A stretch of 63,497 bases of DNA, the filler included, from Octopus bimaculoides (lineage: Eukaryota), in assembly GCF_001194135.2 (NCBI RefSeq). It is 7 parts of 7 records of this genome, joined end to end, with 100 filler letters (N's around TTAATTAATTAA, not from the genome) between each part and the next. Parts side by side here need not be neighbours in the genome. Positions count along the whole stretch, not along the records: positions 1 to 15,303 come from NC_068984.1; 6 more parts are not named here. The stretch is one strand, 5' to 3'. Below, one piece after another: positions 1 through 11,804 of this stretch; position 1 is the stretch's first letter; every line of letters begins with the position of its first letter. Below the pieces are notes generated by a model. That model had not been told where the DNA came from. It ran no database searches and saw nothing but the letters and a program-made list of their open reading frames with translations. Both the position numbers and the translations under genes were made by a program.

Positions 1-30
1 TATATATATATATGTATTGTGTGTGTGTGA

Positions 31-93
31 TACCGAGCTTGTTCAAACCCGGATCTCACATTTTTGATGCGAACTTCTTAATCATTCGGTCAC
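31..93 (-). mobile_element. Degenerate tRNA-like SINE head fragment
   Basis: Minus strand reads GTGACCGAATGATTAAGAAGTTCGCA...GATCCGGGTTTGAAC, with A-box-like (TGACCGAATGA) and B-box-like (GGTTTGAAC) motifs at tRNA spacing, flanked by microsatellites. Confidence 0.4.
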
Positions 94-223
94 ACTACAC
101 ACACATACGCACACGCACACATACACACACACACATAAATAGTGTATATATATATACATGCATTGATATATACTCATAAATATATATAGACTCACAGGTA
201 TAGGCATATTCATATATGCTTAT

Positions 224-272
<49 letters not shown>

Positions 273-1589
273 TAGATTCATCACAGTCTTTTTAGCTACT
301 CATCTACCAGACTCATTAATCAATTAGTATTTCAAGCAAATCTGTAATCGATTCATTATTTATTGCAGAGATCTAGCGTCTATCACCTCAGTTTCTATGG
401 AGAGATTCAGATTCTGTAATCAATTGATTTAACACTATCCAAAACAGAAAGGAATGTTGTTGTTTTTTTTTACTTTTCTTGGCAATTTGCAATTTGATAT
501 GTGTAAACTATCACACGTGAATCAGTAAACCCATCTTTAATGAAGCAATTTAATTGCGCTGAGACATTCTCCGTTATCAAACTTGCTGGTGTTCGGACAG
601 TATTTTGAACTAGACAGTCGACACACTTTTTTTTATGAACAACCTTTGCATCTGAATATTTTGGAGTGCATATTAGGGCGAATAACTCTGCTGTCGGCCA
701 ATACATAATAAGGTCAATATGCGAGAGATTCCTCTTTATATCGGGTGTTTTGTACAGGAGGGAAAGCTTTATTATCCTTTGAAGATTCAATAGAAAAACA
801 ACTGAAAAAATTTTAAAACTTTAGCACGTAAGGGTCTGAGAGGTTCTTCTGAGACAAATAATTGCGGCTGGTACTGCTGCATGTTTATACATGTATTACG
901 TTATACACACAGATAGTTTAATCTAAGGCTGTTTCAAGGGTGTGTATTGATTTAATATACGTTCTGGTTAGCTTTCGTACAAATCAGTAACAAGCATTTT
1001 TAGTTAAGCTCAGAATATCCTGAATATACTCGTCACCGAGGAGACCAGATCAGTACGAAACATCGTGCCTGGCAATCCACCAGCGAATTCTCAGCGAAGT
1101 CCTGTACGTTAACACATTAGTTTCTTTGAGAAAGTTTCCCTGAAACAAAATATTACAAGTAATGTCGTTCCATCTCACATAAACATTAGAAATGTAAAAG
1201 ACGCTGGTATTTTAATCTAAAGCTAACTCACGTGCGTATACTAAATTTTAAAATTCTGGCAAACACTCTTTCATGTAATGTTTGAAAGATCATGATGTAA
1301 ATTTACAGTCGAAACCTACAATGAAATTATGAATTTCTTGAATTTCACCTTAAATTCGGATAGGTCAATATAATATTACCTCTATAAAAACCAACACAAC
1401 CAATTCCATATATCCAGAAACAAAAGAAAAACTTTACTGTTGGAAAAACATAATTAATAACATAATTTGAATTATATCACTCAGAGTCTGACAATTATCG
1501 TTATTAGTCTTGTGAAAGTGCATATTGGGAAAGTGCATATTAGCCTTGTGAAAGGGCATGTTAAGTAGGATTCTCGCAAAGGTCCTATG

Positions 1590-1830
1590 GAAGTTCTCCA
1601 AAGTGAAGGTGTCTTCTCCCTCCCATATCTCGCTCCACTTCCACTCTACCGACCTTGAGCCTCTTGTACTAGTGAAAAACAGATGCTCGGCTCATAAAGT
1701 TAATCCATAAGCATTGTATAGCATTTCGTAAGTTTCTGTAGCGTTTTTGTCTAGTTTAACCAGAAAATTTATTGCATAGCGAACTTCCAAATTGTCTTCA
1801 CGTCCCGACTGGATTCTGCAAATAATTTCG
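1590..1830 (-). mobile_element. Mariner transposase N-terminal fragment (irritans-like), decayed
   Basis: Minus translation EDNLEVRYAINFLVKLDKNATETYEMLYNAYG..., then frameshifted, matches the mariner N-terminal HTH pattern (RxxIKFCVKLGKxAxET...AYG). Confidence 0.7.
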
Positions 1831-1975
1831 TTATGACAAGCAGTATTTACTAGGGTGAGCTCAAAGTGCTGTTATAACCGTCTTCGCCAATCTATATTAC
1901 AATGAAAGATGCGGGCGCATGCATGTTAATATTCTTAAGTTATTACACGTGGAAAAGTACAGAACTAGATTTCTA

Positions 1976-3669
1976 CAGTAGAATTTGCCTAATTATTGGA
2001 TTGCCAAGAAAATTCTTGCGGTTTTTAACCTTTAAATTCAGATGCACATATCTCGGCTCAAACAAAACTTTATTAATTGAAATAAACACCATCAGAATCA
2101 ACATACTTTTGCCAATACTAAACAAGTTTATTTTTGCCAGCAGCGTAAAAATCCTGCGTTCTGGTGGCGATGAAGTCGTTGAAGGCGTGTTTGGCATCGT
2201 CTTGGTTTTTGAAGCATTTCTCACGCAGGAATTTGTAGAGATGCTTGAAAAATGGTAGTCGGTAGGCGAGAGGTGTGGTGAGTATGGCGGATGATGCAGA
2301 GTTTCCTAGCCCATTTCGTTCAACTTCGGCAGGGCCAGATGTGCGAAGTGCGGCCGTGTGTTGTCGTAGAGAAGGATTGGCCCTTTTCTATTGACCAATG
2401 CTGGTTGTTGTCGGAGTTTCTTATGCATTTCATCCATTTGCTGACAGTACTTCTCCGCCCTAATGGTTTCGCCTGGATCCAAAAAGCTGTGATGGATGAG
2501 TCCGGCCGCAAACAGTCACCATGATCTTCTTTTGGTGCAACTTTGGCTTCGGGAAGTGCCGTGGAGCTTCGTCGGCGTCCAACCACTGAGCTGACCGTAG
2601 CCAGTTGTCACAATCCGGTCGAGAAACAGGTCGTTCTTGTGTGAAAGAAGGGAAGACGACACTTCAAAACGGCGTTTGTTTCTTTGGTTGTCGTTCAATT
2701 TGTGCGGCACCCATATCTCAAGAATTTTTGCTTTTCCAATCTCTTTCAAGTGGTTGGAAATTGTCGTATACGTTACGTCTAATTCAGAATCCAGCTCTCG
2801 AACAGTTGTGCTTGGATTGGCTTCCACTAAGGCTCTTAGTTGATCGTTATCAACGTCCGATGGTCGACCACTACGCTTATCATCTTCAAGACTCTCGTCA
2901 CCGCTACGAAATTTCTTGAACCACCATTGTGCTGTTCGTTTCTTTGTGGTTCCTGAGCCAAACGCATCGTTGATATCGCGAGCTCTTTCAGCCTAGCTTG
3001 AACTGGAATAAGAAAATTGTGCGAATTTGCTTTTTGTCTATGTTGTATTTAATGTTCCGTAAAAAATGGCCAAATGTTTATAAAAGAAAAAGAGTAACAC
3101 GATTAGATAGAGCAAAAACGGGCTTTAAAATGATATATAAAGTCAAAGTAATTTAACGAAAATTAATTTGAAAATACATAATTTAAAACCAAAATTAAAA
3201 TTTCCGCAGGAACTTTCTTGATAACCTAATAGTCACCTCTAAAGGAAATTAAAAAGTACTTATATTAAAATTCTACTATACTTAAAATATTGCAGCCGAG
3301 AATAACATTTTTAAAATTTACTATATCTTATTAAAACAGAAAATATAAAAATATTACTGAGTTTTTCCAAAAATAATTCCATCCGATTTTAAGCCTATGG
3401 GCTATATTCAGAAACTCTTTTCATATATAGCTCCAGTAATTTTTATTATTTTTTAGAAAAAAAATTATTTAAGTAAAATTATTTAAGTCTGTATCTAAGC
3501 TCATGGGCTTACTTTTGGAAAAAGCAATATTTTTAAAATAATTTTAATAATATTAATTTTTAAAAAATTTAATAGAATTCGCCTAATTCGTTATCCCTGG
3601 AGAAAATTGAAAGTGACGAATTAGGTGAAGTAACGAATTAGCCAAAGACCAATTAGGCTAATTCTACTG
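1976..3669. mobile_element. pogo/Tigger-like non-autonomous DNA transposon (about 460 bp net), interrupted by the mariner at 1996-3229
   Basis: Left end TA|CAGTAGAATTTGCCTAATTA continues GTCAC after the mariner. Right end reverse-complements to CAGTAGAATTAGCCTAATTGGTC (ends 3669, followed by CA). CAGT termini and TA target are typical of pogo/Tigger. Confidence 0.7.
1996..3229 (-). mobile_element. Near-full-length mariner (Hsmar1/cecropia-like), transposase pseudogene
   Basis: TIRs TTGGATTGCCAAGAAAATTCTTGCGG and TTAGGTTATCAAGAAAGTTCCTGCGG (20/26 identical), TA on both sides. Minus-strand peptides DKKQIRTIFLFQFKLG, WVPHKL, FLDRIVT, YDNTRPH, HPPYSPHLSPTDYH, KNQDDAKHAFNDFIATRTQDFYAAGKNKLV. Contains stops and frameshifts. 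Confidence 0.93.
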
Positions 3670-3884
3670 CATTAATGCTAACTAATAAATTTTACTTATG
3701 ATTTATTTTGCTCATTCTACTGCAATCAATGTTTTTCTTTGTAATGGGATTTCAATTCAAGTGAAAAACAAAATATTGTGCAATATTATTTACAACTTCA
3801 TATTTTATTGTTTGTAATTGATACAAAAAAAAAAATGACTATTTTATTTATTTTAATCATGTCAAAAAACATGANNNNNNNNNN

Positions 3885-3914
<30 letters not shown>

Positions 3915-3916
<2 letters not shown>

Positions 3917-4160
3917 TTGTTATCTGTGTACGTTAGTGTAACAATATAAGCCTATGACTTATAGTGATCAAACGTTCGTGCCTCACATTAGCTCGCTCTC
4001 TCCATCAGATTGACGTTGCTTGAACAGGTAGGTCCACAGTGTACAATACGTCAGGTGTCAAAGTGTTCCCAGAGCAATGTGAGATGAAGTGTTTTGCTAA
4101 AGAACACAACGCACCACCAGGTCTAGTAATTGAAATAACAATCACTAAACCATGTGCCCT

Positions 4161-4165
<5 letters not shown>
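3915..4165 (-). mobile_element. Degenerate tRNA-derived SINE
   Basis: Minus strand contains ...GGTGCGTTGTGTTCTTTAGCAAAACACTTCATCTCACATTGCTC, a post-tRNA SINE body motif; head is partly deleted. Confidence 0.5.
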
Positions 4166-4220
<55 letters not shown>

Positions 4221-4944
4221 CACATATTCATATACATATTTGCATGTAAGTGTATATGAATATCGACCATGCATATATATATANNNNNNNNNNNNNNNNN
4301 NNNNNNNNNNNNNNNNNNNNNNNNNNNNNNNNNNNNNNNNNNNNNNNNNNNNNNNNNNNNNNNNNNNNNNNNNNNNNNNNNNNNNNNNNNNNNNNNNNNN
4401 NNNNNNNNNNNNNNNNNNNNNNNNNNNNNNNNNNNNNNNNNNNNNNNNNNNNNNNNNNNNNNNNNNNNNNNNNNNNNNNNNNNNNNNNNNNNNNNNNNNN
4501 NNNNNNNNNNNNNNNNNNNNNNNNNNNNNNNNNNNNNNNNNNNNNNNNNNNNNNNNNNNNNNNNNNNNNNNNNNNNNNNNNNNNNNNNNNNNNNNNNNNN
4601 NNNNNNNNNNNNNNNNNNNNNNNNNNNNNNNNNNNNNNNNNNNNNNNNNNNNNNNNNNNNNNNNNNNNNNNNNNNNNNNNNNNNNNNNNNNNNNNNNNNN
4701 NNNNNNNNNNNNNNNNNNNNNNNNNNNNNNNNNNNNNNNNNNNNNNNNNNNNNNNNNNNNNNNNNNNNNNNNNNNNNNNNNNNNNNNNNNNNNNNNNNNN
4801 NNNNNNNNNNNNNNNNNNNNNNNNNNNNNNNNNNNNNNNNNNNNNNNNNNNNNNNNNNNNNNNNNNNNNNNNNNNNNNNNNNNNNNNNNNNNNNNNNNNN
4901 NNNNNNGAGAATGTATATATAAAAAATTAATCAAGGCCGGGCAT

Positions 4945-5193
4945 ATGCGTTATTTTTTCTTTTTTGCCTTTGTTAGCTGCGAGTATTGCTGTTTCGGGAG
5001 TCGTATTTTGGTAGAGAAATAGTAGTTTTGGCTGCTATTTCTAATTTTCGGTGTGTGATGAAGCAATGCTTGCTGAACCCTAAATTTTAATTTTGTCCAT
5101 ATAAATTTACCGATAATGCTTTTTTAACACACAGAACTACTTGGTAAAATTACTAATTATTAATTAATTATTAATTTTTACCCTATATCTGTA

Positions 5194-5200
<7 letters not shown>
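4945..5200 (+). repeat. Diverged copy of the 3' part of the 11.7-12.1 kb Penelope-like terminal repeat
   Basis: Collinear similarity to 11830-12100: TTTTGCCTTTGT.AG.T.C.AGTA.TGCT, GCTGCTATTTCT, TG.TGAAGCAA..TTGCTGA.CCCT, CCGATAATG, TTGGTAAAA. Confidence 0.6.
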
Positions 5201-5227
<27 letters not shown>

Positions 5228-5275
5228 TATAAATATATATGTATATAAACATACACACACATGTGTATATTTAAA

Positions 5276-5311
<36 letters not shown>

Positions 5312-5734
5312 CATATATATGTATGTATATTTTGATGTGACTGTGTATGTATGTTTATGTATGTGTATGCATGTTTGTATATATGATTATGCATGCATAT
5401 TATACATATATGTGTGTGTGCGCGCACACGTATTGTATGTGTGATCTATGTTCTATAGCACAGATGTCACAACATTGTTCCACCTTCTGTTCAGCAGCAG
5501 ATCAACAAAATGTCAACGTGTGTCGTTTACAAAACGGCATAGAATGTGCATGACATCCATAAACGTAAGTTTGCTGTGAAAAAAAAAAATACCAACATAT
5601 TCAGCAATTTTAACATACTGGGTGTCTGTATGTTGAGAGTTCAAATTCCGATAATGCATGTCCATGACTTCATAATTTCATACAAACATGTGCGCATGAA
5701 CCCCCCCCACACACACACACTATGTCACGAAATG

Positions 5735-6175
5735 AGAGTAGGCCCCTTTACGTGGACCATTGTTACCGCTTTCATCCATCTTTGAGTAAAATCACTGATG
5801 GGCAGCACTTCTCTCAACAAAACATGAACATGGTCAGGGCTTGACTGAGGAAGGTACTGTCCTCGGCCCTTTTGATCTTCTTCATCAAACAATCTCTTTC
5901 GTCATGCTTATTAGACAGGTAAACAAACGCCTCTTCCTAAAGTAACGAAGCGGACTTCAAAATAGTCTCGGTTGATTGCCGGACCTTTCTTGCACGTGAC
6001 AGCTGTTCTTCATATCTACACAAGTTAGAATTGTTTAAACAATGAACAAGCCCGTGCAAAACTGTCTCGTCACCCTGCACACATTTCGGGTAGGCCCGGC
6101 TGACGGTGTTACCGTGCTTTCAGGGATTACCTCGAACCGGCAATGCAGCCTGATTGCACTGCGAGACCTCAGAGT
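5735..6175 (-). mobile_element. Tx1/L1-clade LINE C-terminal fragment (zf-RVT and CCHC region), decayed
   Basis: Minus translation QCNQAALPVRGNP*KHGNTVSRAYPKCVQGDETVLHGLVHC... fits the ALPxRDxL...CPxC...ETxxH...C signature; several stops. Confidence 0.75.
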
Positions 6176-6220
6176 AGAGTACTTTTAATAAATTAAAAAG
6201 TAAGAAATAAAAAACGAAAA

Positions 6221-6392
6221 TAGGTGTGAATATGTCTGTGTTGAGGAGTTTGCTTCCCAACCACGTAGTTCCCAGTTCAGTCCCACTGCGTGGCACCTTG
6301 AGCAAGTGTCTTCTGCTATAGCCCAGGACCGACCAAAGTGTGTGTGATTGGATTTGGTAGATGGGAACTGAAAGAAGCCCGTCGCATATATA
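6221..6392 (+). mobile_element. SINE family D, 5' half
   Basis: tRNA-like head followed by GTTCAGTCCCACTGCGTGGCACCTTGAGCAAGTGTCTTCT...GGATTTGGTAGATGGGAACTGAAAGAAGCCCGTCG; homologous to 49320-49436 and 59095-59197. Confidence 0.8.
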
Positions 6393-7269
6393 AGTGTGTG
6401 TTTGTGTGTGCGTGGGGCGTGGGTGTGGGTGTGGGTGTGGGTGTGTGTGGGTGTGTGTGGGTGTGTGTGGGTGTGTGTGGGTGTGTGTGGNNNNNNNNNN
6501 NNNNNNNNNNNNNNNNNNNNNNNNNNNNNNNNNNNNNNNNNNNNNNNNNNNNNNNNNNNNNNNNNNNNNNNNNNNNNNNNNNNNNNNNNNNNNNNNNNNN
6601 NNNNNNNNNNNNNNNNNNNNNNNNNNNNNNNNNNNNNNNNNNNNNNNNNNNNNNNNNNNNNNNNNNNNNNNNNNNNNNNNNNNNNNNNNNNNNNNNNNNN
6701 NNNNNNNNNNNNNNNNNNNNNNNNNNNNNNNNNNNNNNNNNNNNNNNNNNNNNNNNNNNNNNNNNNNNNNNNNNNNNNNNNNNNNNNNNNNNNNNNNNNN
6801 NNNNNNNNNNNNNNNNNNNNNNNNNNNNNNNNNNNNNNNNNNNNNNNNNNNNNNNNNNNNNNNNNNNNNNNNNNNNNNNNNNNNNNNNNNNNNNNNNNNN
6901 NNNNNNNNNNNNNNNNNNNNNNNNNNNNNNNNNNNNNNNNNNNNNNNNNNNNNNNNNNNNNNNNNNNNNNNNNNNNNNNNNNNNNNNNNNNNNNNNNNNN
7001 NNNNNNNNNNNNNNNNNNNNNNNNNNNNNNNNNNNNNNNNNNNNNNNNNNNNNNNNNNNNNNNNNNNNNNNNNNNNNNNNNNNNNNNNNNNNNNNNNNNN
7101 NNNNNNNNNNNNNNNNNNNNNNNNNNNNNNNNNNNNNNNNNNNNNNNNNNNNNNNNNNNNNNNNNNNNNNNNNNNNNNNNNNNNNNNNNNNNNNNNNNNN
7201 NNNNNNNNNNNNNTATTTATATAACTTTGTTCCCAACTATTCAATAACACATATCACGCACACCACCCC

Positions 7270-7343
<74 letters not shown>

Positions 7344-7794
7344 GAAGTGCTTTGTAAAGTATATGTTTTAAGCATTGTGTCATTGTGTATTGAAACTTGA
7401 ATACAAATTTGAAAAATAGAATTTTAATCAAACAAGAGAATTCCTTTTTCGTTTTACGCTTTATTTTTTGTATTATATTTCGATCTGAAAGTTCTCATAT
7501 ATTCGTTTAACTTGGCAACATATGTTTCCTTGAAACTGTATTTCATTAAATAAAACCATTGTTTTAGCACATTCCACATTGTCTTCAGCAAACATATAAT
7601 TTACATACATGCATATAATTGATTTGATACCACAATGCTAAATATCATGGTATTTAAAATATATATATTTTTTATATTTTGTATAATCATAGCGTTGTAT
7701 ATCTAAGTAAACAGAAGTCTTAGTTTAGCACGAAAATCAAGACACTATCTTAAGTTTATTCATTGTCAGGTTTTCTTTAAGATACATGCATATC

Positions 7795-7928
7795 TCTTTT
7801 ACTCGTTTCAGCTATGCGGCTTCGGTCATGCTGGAGCAGCACAGTGGAAAGTATTGTCATCTCTGGTAGGATTCGAACGACCTCTGGATTAGAAAGTCCA
7901 GCGCACTGTCCCCTGCACTACAGGGGAT
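7795..7928 (-). pseudogene. tRNA-Arg(TCT)-like pseudogene head (7858-7927) fused to a SINE 3' tail (mini-SINE)
   Basis: Minus strand TCCCCTGTAGTGCAGGGGACAGTGCGCTGGACTTTCTAATCCAGAGGTCGTTCGAATCCTACCAGAGATG. Anticodon stem CTGGA/TCCAG with an 8-nt loop (one extra T), shortened T-arm, mismatched acceptor stem. Followed by the family-D tail GCTCCAGCATGACCG...CTGAAACGAGTAAAAGAG. Confidence 0.75.
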
Positions 7929-8469
7929 TGACATATATATATATATATATATANNNNNNNNNNNNNNNNNNNNNNNNNNNNNNNNNNNNNNNNNNNNNNN
8001 NNNNNNNNNNNNNNNNNNNNNNNNNNNNNNNNNNNNNNNNNNNNNNNNNNNNNNNNNNNNNNNNNNNNNNNNNNNNNNNNNNNNNNNNNNNNNNNNNNNN
8101 NNNNNNNNNNNNNNNNNNNNNNNNNNNNNNNNNNNNNNNNNNNNNNNNNNNNNNNNNNNNNNNNNNNNNNNNNNNNNNNNNNNNNNNNNNNNNNNNNNNN
8201 NNNNNNNNNNNNNNNNNNNNNNNNNNNNNNNNNNNNNNNNNNNNNNNNNNNNNNNNNNNNNNNNNNNNNNNNNNNNNNNNNNNNNNNNNNNNNNNNNNNN
8301 NNNNNNNNNNNNNNNNNNNNNNNNNNNNNNNNNNNNNNNNNNNNNNNNNNNNNNNNNNNNNNNNNNNNNNNNNNNNNNNNNNNNNNNNNNNNNNNNNNNN
8401 NNNNNNNNNNNNNNNNNNNNNNNNNNNNNNNNNNNNNNNNNNNNNNNNNNNNNNNNNNNNNNNNNNNNN

Positions 8470-8508
<39 letters not shown>

Positions 8509-8889
8509 TATATATATGTATGTATGTATGTCGGTATGTATGTATGTATATTAACGAACACGCTCTTCCTTATCAAAAGGTTATCTGAGGATATATATTT
8601 TGTGAATTTGTGAATCTATTACTCTGCATATCTTAATTAGTTGTAGATTGTACCATTTAAAAAATATGAAGCACATTTCTATAAAATACACCTGCACAGG
8701 TTACCCTTTATACACACACACACACACACGCACACACGCACACACTAGCATGCACACACACGTATGTACATATATATAGTGTTTCTTTGTAAATAAACGT
8801 GTTAAAATGCACAGTGATACAGAAAGAAAAGAAATATGTCTATAACAAACATAAGTCTATTTTCCGGAACGCTCACTGGCGATGCAAAG

Positions 8890-10085
8890 TTAAGAAATGT
8901 AAATAGTCTGAGACAATTTCTTCGGCCAATGAACCGATCTGCCAGAACATGTCCTGTAGGGTGAAGAATGCGTTTGTGTAGTTGGTGTTTTGGTGAGTGG
9001 GGGTGGGGGTTGTGGGGGTGGAGATGGCAGTGTTTGTGGAATGATGGATGTGTCAGCAAGTGGCATAAATGTTTCGAAAAGGCTTTTTAAAACTCTGTCG
9101 ACAAAGACAGTCTCTTTTTTTTCCGTGAATGTCCACAGTGAACAATTTCGGTGTGCTCCTAAGAATACGATAGAAACCAGAGTAGGGAGGTGTGAGCGGT
9201 CCTTTGACGGCATAATTTATTACAAACACGTGAGCCTAAGTAGAAATATCCGGAGGTACTGCAGAAGACACAGACTGGTCGCGAGGAAGCATTGGTGGCA
9301 GGTTAGCGAAGAGTGATCTGAGTCGCGTGACGTAAGATGCAGGATCCGCATTCGGTAAGTCGACGGGCGCCAACATTTGGCCAGGAAGTGCCAAAGTGGT
9401 GACATACAAGAGTTCAGCAGAGGAGTAGCCTAAACACTACTTAACAGCTGAGCGGCACCCCAGCAGAAAAATGGGGAGAAACTCGGACCAACAATGAGGA
9501 TCAGGAGCAGCATGGATAGCGGCTTTAAGCTGGCGATGGAATCGTTCCACCATCCCGTTCGCGGCTAGATGGTAACTTGTAGTGTGGATGTGCTGAACAC
9601 CGAGCAATCTCGAAAGCTCACGAAACAGATAAGCTTCAAATTGGCGTCTACGGTCGGTGATAATTCTAGAGGGTACTCCGAAGCGAGCTATCCACTCGGA
9701 GAGGAGGGCTCTGGTGACCGATTCCGCGGAAATGTCCACTAGAGGGATGGCTTCAGGCCATCTGGAGAATCGGTCGATGCAGGTAAGTATATAAGTAAGT
9801 CCGCAAATGACCGGTCGATGTGTATGTGACGGAAGCTGGTGTCCTGTGGCTGAAAATGCCCAAGGGGTGCTCGCACGTGACGATGCACCTTGGAACGCTG
9901 ACATGGTAGACAGGCACGTGACCAAGCAGTAATAGACTGACGTAGAAATAGCGAGTCGAGATAAGCTTTACTGTGGGCGCAAAGCCAGGGTGTGACAGTG
10001 CTTCAAAAACAGCACGACGGTGTTCAAACTAGCAGTAAGAAAACTGGTCAAGAGATTATACGACATTCGAGGGTTGTCACCACTG
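8890..10085 (-). mobile_element. Ty3/Gypsy LTR-retrotransposon pol fragment (integrase core and C-terminus), decayed
   Basis: SHPG zinc-finger remnant; DDE core [14 protein letters not shown]...IITDR..QF...[12 protein letters not shown]; GPY/F region HVFV...PLTPPYSGFYRIL; C-terminal RTCSGRSVHWPKKL. No LTR recognised. Confidence 0.92.
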
Positions 10086-10099
10086 TGTTCAATACTCCT

Positions 10100-11010
10100 T
10101 TATCACTTCTTAGATAGATCCTGTCACTATCATTATTTCTGTGAAGATTTACCTTTGATGTCAGGGTCTTCCAGGTTTTAACGTCTATGGAGTGGATGTC
10201 ACAAAAGTTGCAGAACTAGTACTGAAAAGGCATTGTGGGATGTTTTTCTGTAAGAGGAGAGTTCCAACTGTCAGGCATAATATTCTTAGGTCACTATCTT
10301 TATTCACAGTACCTTCGTATGATGTTTTCATCTATGACTAGGTACTTGTAGCATTTTTTATGTGGGGCAGGAGAGATAGTGAGATCATCGATGCACAAGT
10401 TTTGGATCTTGGAGACTGATGTCCCACGTTCAATAATCATATATGAACGTTTCTTTTGACCTAATTCCATTCTCATACCAGCTGAAAATGTTATTAATTC
10501 GAGGTGTTTATTTTTATATCGTTAACATTTTTAGCATAACTCTTAAGGTGATCCACAAAGAAATTATGGATTACATTAATATCTCTAGCAGGTGCAGACC
10601 CTAGCATATAGCCATTTGATATTTTTAGCAGAAATGGTAATGGATTTAATGCTAAAATGAAGAGAATAACAGGTAGACTATCTCCTTGGAATATTGCTTT
10701 TGAAATATGTAAAACGTTGCTGACAATCGTTCTGTTCAGTTGTAACACTGTAAATTGTAAGTGTAAGAATTGTCCAGGTCCATGTGAGCTTCCCAGTAAC
10801 AGGAATGAAGGTAGCAGGCACTTTTGCCATATGTAGACACTTCAGCAGCCATGAACGGGGAATAGAGTTGAATGTATTCTTATAGTCAGGCCATACTGCT
10901 AGGCTCCAACGGTGGATTTTTTTCACCTTAGATAGTACAACTTTGTTTATCAAAAGTTGTTCATTAATACTTGTTCCTTGTTCGGTGATATATGTATATA
11001 AAGCAGTCAA
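10100..11010 (-). mobile_element. R4/Dong-type non-LTR retrotransposon RT fragment, decayed
   Basis: WPDYKNTFNSIPRSWL, IFQGDSLPVILFILALNPL, HNFFVDHLKSYAK (degenerate FxDDLK); multiple frameshifts. Confidence 0.85.
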
Positions 11011-11239
11011 AATATATTCAAGCGATCATGCAATAGCATCTAGTGCAGTATCATATATATTTTATTTTGACAATAAAATGTTAGACGGGTTATTCGAACA
11101 TCCGTCTTAGTCGCTTTTGTCTGACTGTCTAACGAAGGCGACAAAACCGAACATCATTTTACACTGTCAGTTATTCAGTTATTTCCATTTTTATTTTCTA
11201 TAATTTACATATATGTATATATCTGTATGTGGGCATGTG

Positions 11240-11279
<40 letters not shown>

Positions 11280-11427
11280 ATTAAGGGATCAGCAAACAGT
11301 TGCTTTACCACATACCGAAGTTCAGAAATAGCAGCTAAAAAAGCTGAGACTCCAACAGATAGCATTACTTGTAACTCACAAAGGCAAAACAAGAACAAAG
11401 ACCATGAAAACTAACGAGTCGAAGTTA

Positions 11428-11486
11428 ATCATAGACGCGTTTCTGGATTAGGAACGATAACACTCCATTTCCTTCATCGGTATGAT
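11428..11486 (-). ncRNA. Putative minimal type-I hammerhead ribozyme
   Basis: AUCAUA-CCGAUGA-AGG[aaau GGAGUG uuau CGUUCC uaau]CCA-GAAAC-GC-GUC-UAUGAU: 6-bp stem I, palindromic stem III (ACGCGU), GUC cleavage triplet, U4C core change. Confidence 0.65.
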
Positions 11487-11745
11487 ATTCTAGTTGTAAA
11501 TTCGACGGTGCTAGCACATTGTGCATGCATGAACGAGTAATTGTAATAATTATTCACTCCCTGATAGTAAACCGCAAATTTTTTCTGCGGTATTGCTTGT
11601 GACGCACATGGTAATTTCTTGAGGAGGAATAGTGGACTGGCTGGCCTATGTAGGTTCGGTTGTGTTTTCAGGTTGTGCCGATGCATGATGTTCACTCGTT
11701 CATGCATGCACAATGTGCTAGCACCGTCGAATTTACAACTAGAAT

Positions 11746-11804
11746 ATCATACCGATGAAGGAAATGGAGCGTTATCGCTCCTAATCCAGAAACGCCTCTA
11801 TGAT
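11746..11804 (+). ncRNA. Hammerhead-like motif in the right arm (cleavage triplet mutated)
   Basis: Same as 11428-11486 but reads GAAACGCCUC (G16.2 to C), with a perfect internal GGAGCG/CGCUCC hairpin. Confidence 0.5.

Noticed and set aside
5459-5564. Plus-strand exon-like segment with AAC|GTAAGT donor
   Set aside because: Only one frame is open, the peptide is unrecognised, and an equally good acceptor exists on the opposite strand.
8820-8980. Plus-strand FLYWCH-like peptide (YVYNKH...HWRCKVKKC) and hAT-like CERSF at about 9195
   Set aside because: Mostly antisense to, or directly adjoining, the Gypsy integrase C-terminus, which explains the region better; contains stops.
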